A DNA stretch of 64,000 nt from Eukaryota sp. TZLM1-RC (GCA_040285825.1 JAUPSS010000005.1:310001-374000); one strand, 5' to 3'. Positions 10,537 through 23,179 are shown, counted from the first letter of the stretch. Program-made: numbers and translations. The notes: generated by a model from the sequence alone, not told the origin.

Positions 10537-13500
10537 ATGTACTTCAATGTACTACTATGTTTGTTGCTTATACTTGCTGTCACAAAGTCGGCTACTCCAT
10601 CGGTAGATATATTTTCCAACACAGTTGACATCGATAGTCCTGAGATCAGTGAACCGACCCCATCCTCCAAAATCACCTGGGAGAGAGAGATCCAAATTCG
10701 GGGAAAGGGCTTCTTGGAATCTGAGCTTGATGTTCAATTTGGCCATGCTCGCTGTGGTTCAGTAGAATATGTTGATTCCACTCTCATCAAATGTCATGAT
10801 CTAGCTGACATACCTTCATCAAGCTTCACTTTACGTGTAACGTTTGCTGAAACTTCCCTCTCTGTTCCTTCCCTCATGTTCGAAAGTCCCATCATTACCC
10901 GCATTGTCAGCTCTGCCCCTGAGTCCAATTTCCCTTGCTTTGGTAACGTCACCATAGTTATATACGGAGCTAACTTTGACCAATCATCTCAAGTTATCTG
11001 GGATTCTTCACCTGTTGATAGTGTTGAATTCAAGTCAACCACTGAACTTCACATCCTTCTTCCTCCCGGATTTGGCCGTACTTCATTCTATGTACTCAAC
11101 CAAGGCTCCATCAGATCTCCTGCAACAGAAATTGTCTACGACATTCCTATCATTCACAAGATTGAATCCATGGATGGATTCCCTGTCAATGGTAATGTTT
11201 CAGTGTCAATCATTGGCGATAACTTCCCACTGTTCAATGAAACTGACATCAAAGTGGTAATCAACTCCAATCAAGAATGTGAAGATCCCTTCGTGTCAGC
11301 TGAAAGTACCATTTCTTGCATACTTCCTCCTGGTAGTGGTGGAGGGAACACCATCAAAGTCATTGTTAATGGAGAGTTTAAATCGTCCCCTGCCAACATT
11401 TTGGATTATAATAAACCCACAATAGATAGAGTAGAAGGCTCTTTTGCTACCAAAGGAGGAGATTTTATTAGCATTGTTGGTGAGGACTTTGGATTAGAAG
11501 GATCTAATGCAATTGTCAAAATAGGATCTCAATCATGCACCAATGTCTCCATCATCTCTTCTTCAAATATTACCTGCACACTTCCACCTAATGCAGGAAC
11601 TGGTCTTCGTGTTTCTGTTACTGTTGATGGGATTGACACGTCATCGTTCGTCACGATTGATATGGATCCTCCTATTGTAGAGTCATTTAGTCCTCAATAC
11701 CTCTCTTTGAATTCTGAATTGGTCTTGAAAGGTCGCAATTTCTGGACCGATGATGACGTGATTCGACTCTCTTTTGACCCTTTTATGCGTTGTCAAGATT
11801 TGATAGTCTCCATACCCCACGAAGAGATCAAATGTTCAAAATTTGAATCAGTTGATCCTCATTTATTCAGTCAAGACCCCAAAGTCAATGTTGTTCTCAG
11901 CATTATGAACCAAGATTCTGACCCAGTCACAATCCCAATCGCACCTTCTATTGTTTCTCTTTCATCAACCAGTCTCCCAACCAAAGGAGGTGCTGTGATT
12001 GAAGCAGAGGGTGTTAACCTAGAAGTACCAGAATTACAGGTCAAAATGAGATTGGATGACGTGATGGATGTCAATCAGTCAATTTTGATTGATGATGTTG
12101 ATATTCATTCTTCCACACTAATGTCGTTCTATCTTCCTTCTGGGTATGGAAGATTGACTGTTCTTCTCATGATTGATGATGAGATCGTCTCTTCTTTTCC
12201 TGGATCTTATGACGTTCCTGTATTGACCAGTGTTGACTCTGATGAGTTTCCGACTGTGGGAGGGTCAACAATCAAAGTGATTGGAGAGAATTTCTATGGT
12301 CCTGAAGCATCTGGAGAGGTCATAGTAGATGGAGAAGCATTAAATGCTACAATATTGAGTGATTCAGAACTTGAATTTCAGCTTCCTCCTGGTCAAGGCA
12401 TTTCTGAACTTAAGGTCAAAATTGGGTCATTGGTTTCTACATCTAAAATTTTCAAATATTCAACGCCTGAACTTTCTCTTTTATTAATTGATGACTTTTC
12501 CAAACATTTTATTCATTCCAATTACTCTTATGAAACAAGTGAATTAAAAATTGAGTTTTCTGGCAAAAATTTTGGTAGATTTAGTGATGAAATTTTCGTC
12601 TACATTGAGAACCAAAATGGACTCCAATTCGAATGTGCAAATATTGAACTTGTGCAACGTCATGCTGAGCTGTCATGTGCTATCTCTTACACTGAATCTG
12701 TTGGTGAGCTCAATGGGCCACTATCCATTGTTGTCAATGTTTCGGGACTTTCCAGTTCAGAATATGGGTTTAATCTTTCTCCAATAATTTATAACACGTC
12801 AGCAATCAAAAATGATGGGTTAATCAAAACTGATGGTTCTAGTTCCATGTTTATTCACGGAGTTAATCTGAAATATTTATCAAATGGGGATGTACTTGCA
12901 AAATTTTCACATGCTGATACCATAACACTTTCGAATTTTGACAGTAGCTCAAAAGTGGAGGTCAAAGTTCCCAAAGGTCAAGGGACTTTCTTTGTTAGTC
13001 TTGAAGGCAATCAATTTATGACAAATTCTCTCAACTCAGCATATTCTTCTCCTGGAATCACAAAAATTTCGGCTAGTCAGGGATTTTCAACACGAGGTGA
13101 TTCGCTTGTATTGTTGTTCGTCGAAAATTTGGGAGGGAAAAGAGAAGAGATCAAGTTGTATGTAGAAGGTCAAGATCAATCAATCGAAAAGATTGATTTC
13201 CAAGATAGTTTTGTTTCGTTCTTCCTTTCAGAAGGAGCAGGCAATTTAGCGATTGTTTTAGAAGTTTCTGGTCTCCAGTCGAGCTCCTATTTGTTGAATT
13301 ATGACCCTCCCGAAATATTCAATGTGTCAGCTGGTGATGACAAGTGGCCGACAGTTGGAAATTTTGAAATTGAGATCAATGGATCAAATTTTGGACCTAA
13401 AACCTCTAATGTGACAATTTTAGTCGGCCAAGACGAATGTCAAATCACCAGTCACGAACACACCTTCCTTTCTTGTTTAATGCCTTCCTTTCAGGGGGTT

Positions 13501-16326
13501 AACAACCTGACTGTCACTGTCGAAGGTCAGCAATCAAAACCCCAATCAATCAAAAGTGATGGACCTTCCGTTTCCAATATTGATAATGGTGACATGATTG
13601 CACTTGAAGATCCTTTTATCTTGTCTGGAAATAATTTTGGTAGTAATTCAAATGAAATTGTTTTGGAATTTGGCAAAGTTCAGTGCCCTATAATCGAAGT
13701 CAATCATCAAAAACTAAATTGTATTGGATTAGCTGATAAGATTTCCTCAGAATCTAGTCAAAATTTTTCAAATACTTTTGATCTTAGTCTTGAAGTTTCC
13801 GGTCAATCACATGTGATTAATGACCTTACTTTTGAACCTTCAATCATTTCAATCAAACCACTCAATAGTCAATCAATCAAGACTCAAGGGGGTCAATTAT
13901 TAGAAGTTTCTGGCCTAAATTGGCTTCCTGATGAAACTCCCTCTCTAAAATTTGGTCCGAATTCTGAAAAATTGGAAGTAATAGAGCTCACTAGGACATC
14001 TGCCAACAAGGCCACATTTACGCTACCACCTGGATCAGGAAATGTTGAGGTTTATCTGGTTTTTAATTCTATAGAAACTGGTCCTTTTCATTTTGCTTAC
14101 ACTGAACCAAAAATTGAAAGTTTGGAGTTTGAAAATGGTTTAATTCCCGCTACTGGTGGTGTCAATGTTGTCTTACATGGCTCAAATTTTGGAAGTAAAG
14201 ACCAAGTCTTGAAAATTCAATATGTTTTTGATCTTTTTGACACTGAATATGTGCTATATGCCGATGCAATCAATTCATCATCAGCCCACACTGTCAGACA
14301 ATTTCAACTGTTTCCTGGTTTTTCAAAGGTGTTTTTAACCCCTATTGTCGATAACATCAATGGTTCAGAATTCTCATTCCATTTTGACCGTCCTCTTTTG
14401 ACTTCTCTGGATTATGATTCGATTCCTACCACTGGTGGTGAAGTAAGTCTTGAATTTGTTAATTTTCCACCCAATTCTTCTCCATTTACACAAGTTGAAC
14501 TTGATTTGAACGTTTCAATCAACAATCAATCTGTTTCCTACGATTATTCAAGAAATTCAGATATTTTTGATCTATATTTGACCATTCCAGCTGGGGTTGG
14601 TGAATTATTGATTGATATCAATTCTGCTTTGTTTTCCATTGACTCTATTATCTTATCGTATGATAACCCTGCAATTTTCGAGGTTTTACCCAATCCTGTT
14701 CATTTTTCCAAGCCAATTGTCATCCAAGGACAAAATTTTGGCAGTGACCCCTCCCTGATCTCTTTATCGTTCTCTCAAAAATTCAATTGTTCCAACCTGT
14801 CAATTACCATTGATCATTTTGAATTAACATGCTTTGAATGGACCGCAACAAAGAATTCCTTCATTCAAGATCAGTTACTATTACTATCGGTTGGTGGATC
14901 CTCTACCAATGTCTCAATTGAAGTTTCCCGGTCAATTCTTTCATGGGTGGTCTCCCCTCCAACAGCAGTAAGTGATTCTAATATCACATTTTATGGTGCG
15001 GGATTGGATGACGTGTCAAAGGTCAAAATGACGTTTGATGACGTGGATTATGACCCTATTTATGTTGGTTCTGATCAGATTGTTTTCAAGTTACCTCATT
15101 TTAATGGAACAAGACAAGTAGATTTTTCTCTCCTTCTTGACGGAGAGGAAGTTTTGAACGAAATTTTTGTTTACAATGATCCTTCAATAGTAAAGCTCAG
15201 TGGTCATTTGTTGCCTGACGAAAATTTCACAATCGTTGGTGAAAATTTGGGCAATCTCGCTGATTTTGAGCTAAACATCAATGATAATGATGTTTCTGAT
15301 TGTTCTGTTGTTTCCTATTCAAGAATTGTTTGTCAAATGCCTTCTATTTCATGTGAATTACCAAATTTAATGGTGTTAAAAACTGATTCATTTACACTTA
15401 ACCACACCTTTGATGCGTCTGCTCCATACATTAAGCCATTAAACGATCACCCCTTGCTTGAGGGTTCCACAATCGGTATTGAGGGAGCCTTTGGACCCGA
15501 AGAATGGGAAAGAAGTGTGTATATAGATGAAGAAGAAGTTGACTTCACCTTCCTTAACCACAAAACCCTTGAAATAAAGTTTCCCCAAGGTCATGGCCAA
15601 CGGAACCTTACTGTGGAGCTGTGTGGTTCGTTATCATCCACCATTCGCTTCTCATATGTTCCACCTTCTATTCAAGCCTTTGAATCTGGCCCCCCAAGCA
15701 CAGTAGGTGGATTCAAAACAATCTTGGGTAATGGTTTCACTTCTACTATTCATGTGAGTACTGAAGCAAAGTTCATTAGTAACTCAAGAATTCAAGTGTA
15801 CATTCCACCAGGTGCAGGGAAGAACCATTCACTCCAAATAAGAGCATCTGGATTGTCCTCCAATGAATTTTACTACGACTACCAGCCACCCATCATTGAT
15901 AAAACATCCTCCTTGAAAAAAACAGGAGGAAAATTAGTTATTAATGGCCACAATTTTGGACCTAGTGGTGAATTCATTGATGAAGTCCTGGTTGGTTCAA
16001 AGAAATGCACAGGTATAAAACTGGAAAAACCACATGAAAAGATCTCCTGTAAGGCTCCACCCATTACCCCTCACTCTTCTGAGGAATCTGTAGTAGTATC
16101 CATTGCTGGACAGACAGCCACTGGATTGATCTTATTTAGTGAGCAAGAAGATCAATTGAATTGGTTCTTTTGGGGTTTAATTCTGGTTGTTTTTGTTCTT
16201 GTTTTGGTAATAGTGTTTATTAGACCTATAAGACAAGGAGTGGTTAACAGGATTAGAAGCTTGTTTGGTAGGTTTAAGAGAAGAAGGCCTTCTCCAGTAG
16301 GTGTTGATATAGAAGAGGCAGCATAG
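10537..16326 (+). CDS. Type I membrane protein with many tandem IPT/TIG domains (about 1929 aa)
   Basis: Signal peptide (MYFNVLLCLLLILAV); repeated P-x-I...T-x-GG...I-x-G-x-NF...LPPG-x-G...V-x-G...Y-D-x-P units; one TM helix (WFFWGLILVVFVLVLVIVFI); short basic tail. First ATG at 10537. Confidence 0.88.
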   Translation: MYFNVLLCLLLILAVTKSATPSVDIFSNTVDIDSPEISEPTPSSKITWEREIQIRGKGFLESELDVQFGHARCGSVEYVDSTLIKCHDLADIPSSSFTLRVTFAETSLSVPSLMFESPIITRIVSSAPESNFPCFGNVTIVIYGANFDQSSQVIWDSSPVDSVEFKSTTELHILLPPGFGRTSFYVLNQGSIRSPATEIVYDIPIIHKIESMDGFPVNGNVSVSIIGDNFPLFNETDIKVVINSNQECEDPFVSAESTISCILPPGSGGGNTIKVIVNGEFKSSPANILDYNKPTIDRVEGSFATKGGDFISIVGEDFGLEGSNAIVKIGSQSCTNVSIISSSNITCTLPPNAGTGLRVSVTVDGIDTSSFVTIDMDPPIVESFSPQYLSLNSELVLKGRNFWTDDDVIRLSFDPFMRCQDLIVSIPHEEIKCSKFESVDPHLFSQDPKVNVVLSIMNQDSDPVTIPIAPSIVSLSSTSLPTKGGAVIEAEGVNLEVPELQVKMRLDDVMDVNQSILIDDVDIHSSTLMSFYLPSGYGRLTVLLMIDDEIVSSFPGSYDVPVLTSVDSDEFPTVGGSTIKVIGENFYGPEASGEVIVDGEALNATILSDSELEFQLPPGQGISELKVKIGSLVSTSKIFKYSTPELSLLLIDDFSKHFIHSNYSYETSELKIEFSGKNFGRFSDEIFVYIENQNGLQFECANIELVQRHAELSCAISYTESVGELNGPLSIVVNVSGLSSSEYGFNLSPIIYNTSAIKNDGLIKTDGSSSMFIHGVNLKYLSNGDVLAKFSHADTITLSNFDSSSKVEVKVPKGQGTFFVSLEGNQFMTNSLNSAYSSPGITKISASQGFSTRGDSLVLLFVENLGGKREEIKLYVEGQDQSIEKIDFQDSFVSFFLSEGAGNLAIVLEVSGLQSSSYLLNYDPPEIFNVSAGDDKWPTVGNFEIEINGSNFGPKTSNVTILVGQDECQITSHEHTFLSCLMPSFQGVNNLTVTVEGQQSKPQSIKSDGPSVSNIDNGDMIALEDPFILSGNNFGSNSNEIVLEFGKVQCPIIEVNHQKLNCIGLADKISSESSQNFSNTFDLSLEVSGQSHVINDLTFEPSIISIKPLNSQSIKTQGGQLLEVSGLNWLPDETPSLKFGPNSEKLEVIELTRTSANKATFTLPPGSGNVEVYLVFNSIETGPFHFAYTEPKIESLEFENGLIPATGGVNVVLHGSNFGSKDQVLKIQYVFDLFDTEYVLYADAINSSSAHTVRQFQLFPGFSKVFLTPIVDNINGSEFSFHFDRPLLTSLDYDSIPTTGGEVSLEFVNFPPNSSPFTQVELDLNVSINNQSVSYDYSRNSDIFDLYLTIPAGVGELLIDINSALFSIDSIILSYDNPAIFEVLPNPVHFSKPIVIQGQNFGSDPSLISLSFSQKFNCSNLSITIDHFELTCFEWTATKNSFIQDQLLLLSVGGSSTNVSIEVSRSILSWVVSPPTAVSDSNITFYGAGLDDVSKVKMTFDDVDYDPIYVGSDQIVFKLPHFNGTRQVDFSLLLDGEEVLNEIFVYNDPSIVKLSGHLLPDENFTIVGENLGNLADFELNINDNDVSDCSVVSYSRIVCQMPSISCELPNLMVLKTDSFTLNHTFDASAPYIKPLNDHPLLEGSTIGIEGAFGPEEWERSVYIDEEEVDFTFLNHKTLEIKFPQGHGQRNLTVELCGSLSSTIRFSYVPPSIQAFESGPPSTVGGFKTILGNGFTSTIHVSTEAKFISNSRIQVYIPPGAGKNHSLQIRASGLSSNEFYYDYQPPIIDKTSSLKKTGGKLVINGHNFGPSGEFIDEVLVGSKKCTGIKLEKPHEKISCKAPPITPHSSEESVVVSIAGQTATGLILFSEQEDQLNWFFWGLILVVFVLVLVIVFIRPIRQGVVNRIRSLFGRFKRRRPSPVGVDIEEAA

Positions 16327-16463
16327 AATAACCAATAAAGAATTTAAAAAAAAATCATAATTTACAACAAAAAGGTAATACCAGTCTATAATACAAAATA
16401 GATTGAGTATTAATATTGAGTATTAATACTGAATTAATAAACAATTGACTACCTGAAAAAAAG

Positions 16464-16886
16464 TTATATCTTGACATTGATTGGGGATAGTTTGCCTTCA
16501 AATCCTTCCTCAAGCAGAAGCTTTGTCTTATTTGTCGGACTTTCGGTTGGTTTTGTTCTCAACGTAGATGTGAACGCACCCACTGGGTAACCAAGTGAAG
16601 TTGGAAACCATGTCAATCCATTTGACTCATCCTCCACGCCGGGAGAGATCAACTGAGCTGTGAATTGGATCGGCTTGATTATAAGTTGACGCTGCTTTCT
16701 GAATGTTACGTACTCGCCAGTAATGACTTGATTTCTGTCTATGTGAATTCTTGTAGCAAAAGCATAGTCAATGATGGTCTTTGTGATCAAGTCTCTAGGC
16801 CATAAGAGGAAAGTTATCACGATGAAGAGTAGAGCTGTTAAAATGTAAAGGATCGAATCAGTGTAAAAATCAGCAAACGCATACAT
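16464..16886 (-). CDS. Hypothetical single-pass membrane protein
   Basis: Open frame; first ATG at 16886 (the track start is non-ATG); hydrophobic ILYILTALLFIVITFLLW segment. No family recognised. Confidence 0.45.
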   Translation of the reverse strand: MYAFADFYTDSILYILTALLFIVITFLLWPRDLITKTIIDYAFATRIHIDRNQVITGEYVTFRKQRQLIIKPIQFTAQLISPGVEDESNGLTWFPTSLGYPVGAFTSTLRTKPTESPTNKTKLLLEEGFEGKLSPINVKI

Positions 16887-17039
16887 ACGAAACGCTTGTA
16901 ACCACTTCAAGATTTTTTGTTTAAAAAATTTAATCACTTTTTGTGCTCGCTCTACTAATCCTCTTACCTCTCAACCTTTGAAGTTGGGTGAAATACGAGC
17001 AGGAGTATTTTAATTATAATTGACAGGATGCAAATTGTC

Positions 17040-18652
17040 CCACATTCCTGAACACGTTTTTCTAATTGTGTATAACAGACGCTCTGGTTAGATTAAAACT
17101 TCAATTCTGACTTCTTTTGTTGTTGTTTTAGAAACTGCAAATCTGAGTTTTCTGTTGGGGATTCTTGTTTTCAACAACAGAAAGGTAGACTAATTTTGCA
17201 ATACATGAAGAAATATCCAAAATTCATTATTAGTAATGGATAATCTCAGTGGTTGTTTTCCCAATCGGTTAATTCTAATTTTCCAGAAAACAGTTACTAA
17301 TAATATAGACTACACTTAGTGAACGTTACCAAAACGAATTACCAGAATGTATGATATTTTTGAAAGTACATGCAGCTCACATGTTTTGGATCATGATGAT
17401 CTTCGATAGAAAAACATACATACGTAAATCATTCACCCAATTCATCACTTTTTGTCACCGTTGTATCTCCATCCCTCGAGGACTTTGGTTATGTACTGAT
17501 AGGAAAGTCTTTGTAACTCAAATGGAAACATATTTCAAAATTCCCAGTTGGCCGATTAATAAGATATTATTATCACAAGGGAACTGTATTTGCTCATCGT
17601 CTTTGCAACCCATCTTACGTCATGATCTGTATTGTCCTAAACTCACAGTTCTTCATTGTATGAGGCTCTTAGAGGAACAGTTTTCATTATGGCAATTCAA
17701 CCAAAAACGATTTGTCAACATTTTTTACTGTGCAATTTTGCTGTAAAAGTTTCAACAAAAAAAGTTAAAGATCTTTGAAAGCTTGGATTTTGAAGTTAGA
17801 CTTGTTTTGGCCACGAAAAAGACTCCCACTTTTGCACATCTTTTACAAGATATGTGTGATAGCACTTCTTTTGCCTTAGTAACAACAATTCCTCAAGTTT
17901 ATGATACTTTCTGAACTGACTCTGCTTGGACTTTGAATATGAGATTTCGTTCCTTTAGCTGGCCTGATAATTTACCTCATAGTTTAATTAGTAAATGTTC
18001 TCGAAAAATTACAATTACTCATTTGTTAAATTGTAAACATTTTATTACTTTTGAAAGCATGGTTCACGATGCTGCAAGAGACAAATTATATTGTATGTGT
18101 AAGACTCATGGAATTGAATCCTTTTTGGAACCTCTGTTGTCAAATCTGTTTGATACTGAAGATGATTTTGATAAGAATAATAGAGGTGATGTCATATTAC
18201 CTGGATTAGATGGAACCTTCATTTTAGTGGATGTGATGTCTGTTGGTCCATGATGAGCCTCAAATGGAGAGTTTGTTAATTCTGAAATTCATAATTCTCT
18301 TTCAAATGCTGAAAATTTCAAAATCAAAAAATACCATGAACGTTTGTCGAAATTGTCTAGTCAACAGCAAGCAAAATTCAAATTGTATCCATTTGTATTT
18401 TTTCTATTTGGCCCACTTGCTCCCACGGCTATACGTTTTTTGGCAGATTTTGAAATGATTGTAAAGAGAAGAACTAACAGAAATTTCAACAGGTTGTTTT
18501 GGCAAAATGGAATTGTGTTTTCTATTTTTAAGGAGATGTCGATGATGGTTTCTGATGCTTTGCTTTGTCTTGGATCTCACTATGAGAGAGTTGTATCCAG
18601 TGTTTTTGTTGTGGGAGAGGTGGATTTTTTAGATGGTGATTCACAAGTTTAG
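17040..18652 (+). mobile_element. Two tandem decayed CRE-like RLE fragments (F3-like about 17040-17650; F2 about 17650-18652)
   Basis: CFPQS...CIC...RH..C fragment, then KCSRKITITHLLNCKHFITFESMVHDAARD...NRGDVILPGLDG...DV...YPFVF...FWQN; frameshifted. Confidence 0.75.
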
Positions 18653-20085
18653 AACCTCTTTTGTTTTGTTTGGCCATTCATCCTATTTTACTGCAAATTC
18701 AAGAGATGTTTCCTTCACTAAAATTGATTGCATATATGGATGATGATATGCTTATTGGTGATTTAAATATTGTGAAACAAGCAACTGTATGTTTTAAATA
18801 ATATTTACCAAAATGGGTCTCCGACTTAATTTACTTAAATGTGTTTTGTCATCGAATTCTCCAGTTTCCACAATAGTTGATGGTATTGAAAGTCAAGCCA
18901 AATTATATTCAATCGATGCTATTCGTCATTTGGGTTCGTTTTTAGGAAATAATGATGAAATTACCAAAAAATTGTTTGAAAAGTTGTACTCAATTTCAGA
19001 AAATTTGTTCCACTGTTTTTGCATTAAATAAAGAAATTTCAAAAATTGATGTAGAAAAAAGGGGTCGATGTTTTCCCCAATCATTCAATGGCAATATTTC
19101 AGAAAAAAATGTTTTAAGTTTGAAGTACACTCTTCGAACATTACAGAATCGATTGACTGGAATGTATAAAAAAGATCTTTATAATAATATATACAGCTCG
19201 GCTGTTTTAAATCAAGATCTTCACTCATTGTTATTGGAAAAGGGTGTTTGTGACAACAAGTCGTCAGATTCTTCACTTTTTGTAACTATTGTACCACGAA
19301 GATTTGGATTGTGTGCCACTAATGAAGCATTTGTAACAAAAATGAAATTATATTTGAACATCCCCATAAATCAATTATTATCAAAAGAAAAATGTATTTG
19401 TTCGAATTCACCTCAACTCACTTTGCGCCATGCTCTGAATTGCTCTAAATTGATAAATTATCGTTCTTCATTACATGATGCTGTTAAAGACACTGTTTTC
19501 AATATGGCACAAACTGCAAGGATATCGTGTATCAAAGAGCCCCTGCTGAAGGAAACACTTTCTCTGAATAATTTTGGTTCTGATGACAGAGGTGATGTAT
19601 ACTGTGATTGGATTGATAATTCTGAAGCTATTGTTGACTTTGTTTCATGTAATGTTGCAAATGATACTTTGGTTCACAGAAGAAAACTTAATCCTGTGGC
19701 TGCTCTGGATTTTAAAGGAAAAAAGAAACATAGAAAATATGATAAAGATATTGAAGAGGCTAATGTCGATAGAAATACACAGCTGGTTTTTATTACTTTC
19801 CCATTTTCGATAAATGGAAAATTAACAGTTGAAGCAGAAACTTTTTTGGATGACTTCCAAAAAATGGTGCAAGAAAAAACAATGAAAAGATTTGATATTT
19901 TTTCATGGCGTTCACGGATTCAATTTGCCATTATTAATAGATTACCTTGGTTTTCCAATCGAATAAGAGAAGCTTTAGCTAGACAGCAAGCAGATCAAGA
20001 TTTTGTAGATGAAATCTTGGTTCAATGATAGTCGTTTCATTAGTTATAAATTAATTTAATTAAGTGTGCAAATTCAATAAATACA
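18653..20085 (+). mobile_element. CRE-like RLE non-LTR element (family F3) with RT C-terminal remnant and intact endonuclease frame
   Basis: 18653-18950 reads PLLFCLAIHP...IAYMDD...GLRLNLLKC...IRHLGSFLG (RT motifs 5-7). ORF 18952..20028 has CIC...HALNC...RSSLHDAVKD...RGDV...DFV...KHRKY. The thumb region appears internally deleted. Confidence 0.85.
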
Positions 20086-20149
20086 AACATCTTCAAATCC
20101 ATATTTCAAAAAATTGTTGACTATATTTTTAAACTGTATAGTTATTTAT

Positions 20150-20330
20150 TTATCAAATAATGAATAAAAAATCATCAATTACACAACTAAAGCTCCACAT
20201 CCTCAAAACCTGCCTCTCCCACATCGAACCAGTTAATTCCTAAAGATTCAGAAAATTGCCCAAAAGAAGAAAGTGAATGAGAAATTAATTTCACCATTCC
20301 CTTAAAAATAAAAAATATAATCCAGTTTTG
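20150..20330 (-). mobile_element. RLE family F4 extreme 3' fragment
   Basis: Near-identical to 21640-21800; ends WFDVGEAGFEDVEL*. Confidence 0.7.
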
Positions 20331-20412
20331 CCAGTTGAGACAAACGAGTTATGAACACATCAATAATTTGTTCATTATTTATAAATTGTTTTTCATTTCA
20401 TTTGAAATCAAG

Positions 20413-21590
20413 TTGCTCAATCATCCAAATTGATACTGTTTATAGAAGGGAGTGACAGGCAATACTGGGTTGGTTTGTTCAAATAGATAATTAATACTTT
20501 TTAAACAAGCAATTTATAATCAATTACTCATTTTTGATACAATTTACTTACTGACTTGATCTGAAACGTTTATTATAAGGTATAATTATAAATAATTGGA
20601 AACCAAAATACTGCTAAAATTAGAACAATAAAAAACAGAAATTAAAATAGAAATTAAAACTGAAATTAAAATAGGAAACAGTTGTTAATTTAAAACTTAC
20701 ATGTTGTGTGATCAACACCCCATCAAAAATCCATTGATGATGTAACATGAGAGAAACAAAAGGAGAATTACTTGGAAAGGATAGTCGAAACAAAATCTTT
20801 CTTCTGTAACCTATTAAAATCTGGCCATGAAAACAGATTCAAACTGTTTCAACTGAGTCTTGGCTTCCATTGCATTAGTCATGAAGGTGTTAATGCGAAT
20901 GCACGTGTTCTGGAGAGCAATCCAATCTAGATCAGTCATTTAAAGACACTCACACCTGAAAAAATGAAGTTAATGGTCAACTAAGAATAGCCGACTTTGG
21001 TACTTCTAAAGTAATAGCTAACACCACCCGAATATCCACTTCTCTTACATTTACCCCCAAATATGCAGCTTTAGAGGTTTTTGATAATAGAATAACAGAA
21101 GCTTCTGATATTTATTCTATTGGAGTAATTGTCTGAGGATTACTTACCAATAAATTAGTTTTTGGAATGTACGACTCTGTCCCACTAGATGGAGAGTTGG
21201 TTCATATAGCAAAAGAGAAAAGGAGAAACAACAAACTTGAGCTTGGGTAAATAAATGTACTAATGAAAGCTGTTGACTAAAGGTATTAGCAATGGTGATT
21301 CGGCGTAAAACTGATGACGTGGCGTGACGTGGCATTGGTTCTTTTAAGGATTGGTGTGTGATCGGAGGTGGAGCTCAATGGGTACAGACGTGATGAACGG
21401 GCATGAACTTCAGGAGCAGTGGAGAGGGCAAACTTTCCTTGTGCAGTAAATTTGTTACAAAATTCTCGGCAAAGAGTGGTCCGTATTGTGACGGCAAAGG
21501 GGAGAGACCATTGACACATCTATAAACCATTGACAAGACGTTGATCAAAAAACATGCAAGTTTTGTGGGTCCTCATGAAAAGAGAATAAA
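20413..21590 (+). pseudogene. About 1.15-kb duplicated cassette containing a protein-kinase pseudogene (copy 1)
   Basis: LRIADFGTSKVIANTTRISTSLTFTPKYAALEVFD...SDIYSIGVIV* (DFG, APE-like and subdomain IX motifs) at about 20950-21170; the whole cassette is repeated at 45846-46990. Confidence 0.8.
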
Positions 21591-21629
21591 AACCAAGGCA
21601 ATTTCCAAATAGGAAAACAATCTTATTTA

Positions 21630-22210
21630 TTTATCGAATAGGGAATAAATAATCATCAAATACACAACTAAAGCACCACATCCTCAAAACCTGCCTCTCC
21701 CACATCGAAATGGTGAATTACTCAAGATTCAGAGAATTTACCAAAAGAAGAAAGTGAATCCGAAATAAATTTCACCAATCCCTTATAAATGGAAAATATA
21801 ATTCATGAGAATTTTCATTAACTGAGGAAATGAGTTTTGCATATTTAGCAGTTTTATATTTTGCGCCTGCAAGAAGAGGATTATTTACATCCGAGTTAAT
21901 GAGATGTTCGTTAGAGGAATTACAAGGGTCAATGGACATGGCGTCAAAAATAGTAAAACTACCATTTAAACCGAGAACAACTAGATCACCTCTTGTCAGA
22001 CCCATAGAAGCTCTGTTGTAACACGTATTATCAATATTGGGGTCACCAAGAATTAATTTTGATAACAAAGGCTCTAAAAAGGAATCTACTTAATATGGTT
22101 TGCACATTACATAAATTTGGTCCCTGACATTATTATGCATTTTACTTCTAAATGTAATGAAATGTTCACAGTTCAAAAGATGAGTAAACAAAAAAGGTTT
22201 ACCACATGAT
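21630..22210 (-). mobile_element. RLE family F4 3' fragment
   Basis: HLLNCEHFITFRSKMHNNVRDQIY...LTRGDLVV...DAMS...AKYKTAKY...FDVGEAGFEDVVL*. Confidence 0.8.
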
Positions 22211-22396
22211 AAAGAATAATAATTAGATTCAAAAAATTCTTCAAGCTTAATGTAAGTTAATAAGAATTGATAAATTTACTGTAAATTCAGTAGAAACGAT
22301 AGAATTGTTACAAACTATTTAAGCATCACAATAAGAAAAATTGTTCATTATGATCAAATATAATACAAAAAAAATAAAAAATAAAAAAGAATGAGA

Positions 22397-22834
22397 CTAT
22401 TCAGAAATATCCAATACAAGCTGAAACAAGGGCATGATATCTAACCTGGAAGTCACCGATCCTTTGATTTCAAGAGCATCCATTGCCCCTTGTATAATGC
22501 CAACAAACAAATGAGATATGCTCATCGCTAATGGTACCGGTTTATCTCCCCTCGAAGGAAGCCTCTGCAACCACACCAAGTCTTGTGTCTCCCAAATAAC
22601 ACATGACGAGGAGGGAGACTGTACTTCATGGAGGGGTTTATTGAACAATTGCGGCCACACTTTGTGACTGATAATTCTTAGTTTTGCATATGTATCGGTT
22701 GATCGATGGGACAATCCATGACAAATAGATTCAGTTAGTTTGACGCCTATCGAGGTACCCATTGAGAAAGAATTGTCGCCAAGTTCAGTGACAGCAGCAG
22801 TAATAAGTAATTCCCATGCAGTAGAAGATATCAT
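22397..22834 (-). CDS. TRAPPC6: TRAPP complex subunit 6 (Trs33-like, Bet3 family)
   Basis: MGxxIGxKLxE, LxII...VWxxLFxK and GIIQGAMxAL pattern; 145 aa. Divergent. Confidence 0.7.
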   Translation of the reverse strand: MISSTAWELLITAAVTELGDNSFSMGTSIGVKLTESICHGLSHRSTDTYAKLRIISHKVWPQLFNKPLHEVQSPSSSCVIWETQDLVWLQRLPSRGDKPVPLAMSISHLFVGIIQGAMDALEIKGSVTSRLDIMPLFQLVLDISE

Positions 22835-23179
22835 GATCGTTGTTGTAATGTTGCAAAGGCAAGAATGTAACCAAAATCTATTGAAATCTCACCAAGCAAC
22901 TGATTTATCTTCACTGACTCTAAATTCCGACTGTGAAAAATCGTTTCTAGAACGACCTTTTCTATACCAAATTCCTCATATTTATTTTTTCAAGTCAAAA
23001 TACTTGCTAGTTATCTATTGAATTGCGCTGATTGATTTATTTTGTTATCTAAAACAAAGTTTTAAAGTAAATCAATAATAAACAACAAATAAGCAATTGC
23101 TGCAAAGAATAAATTAATAAACCTTTATAAACACTGATATTGAAAAAATTCTTAAAGTACACAGAAAACCGTCAATTTT

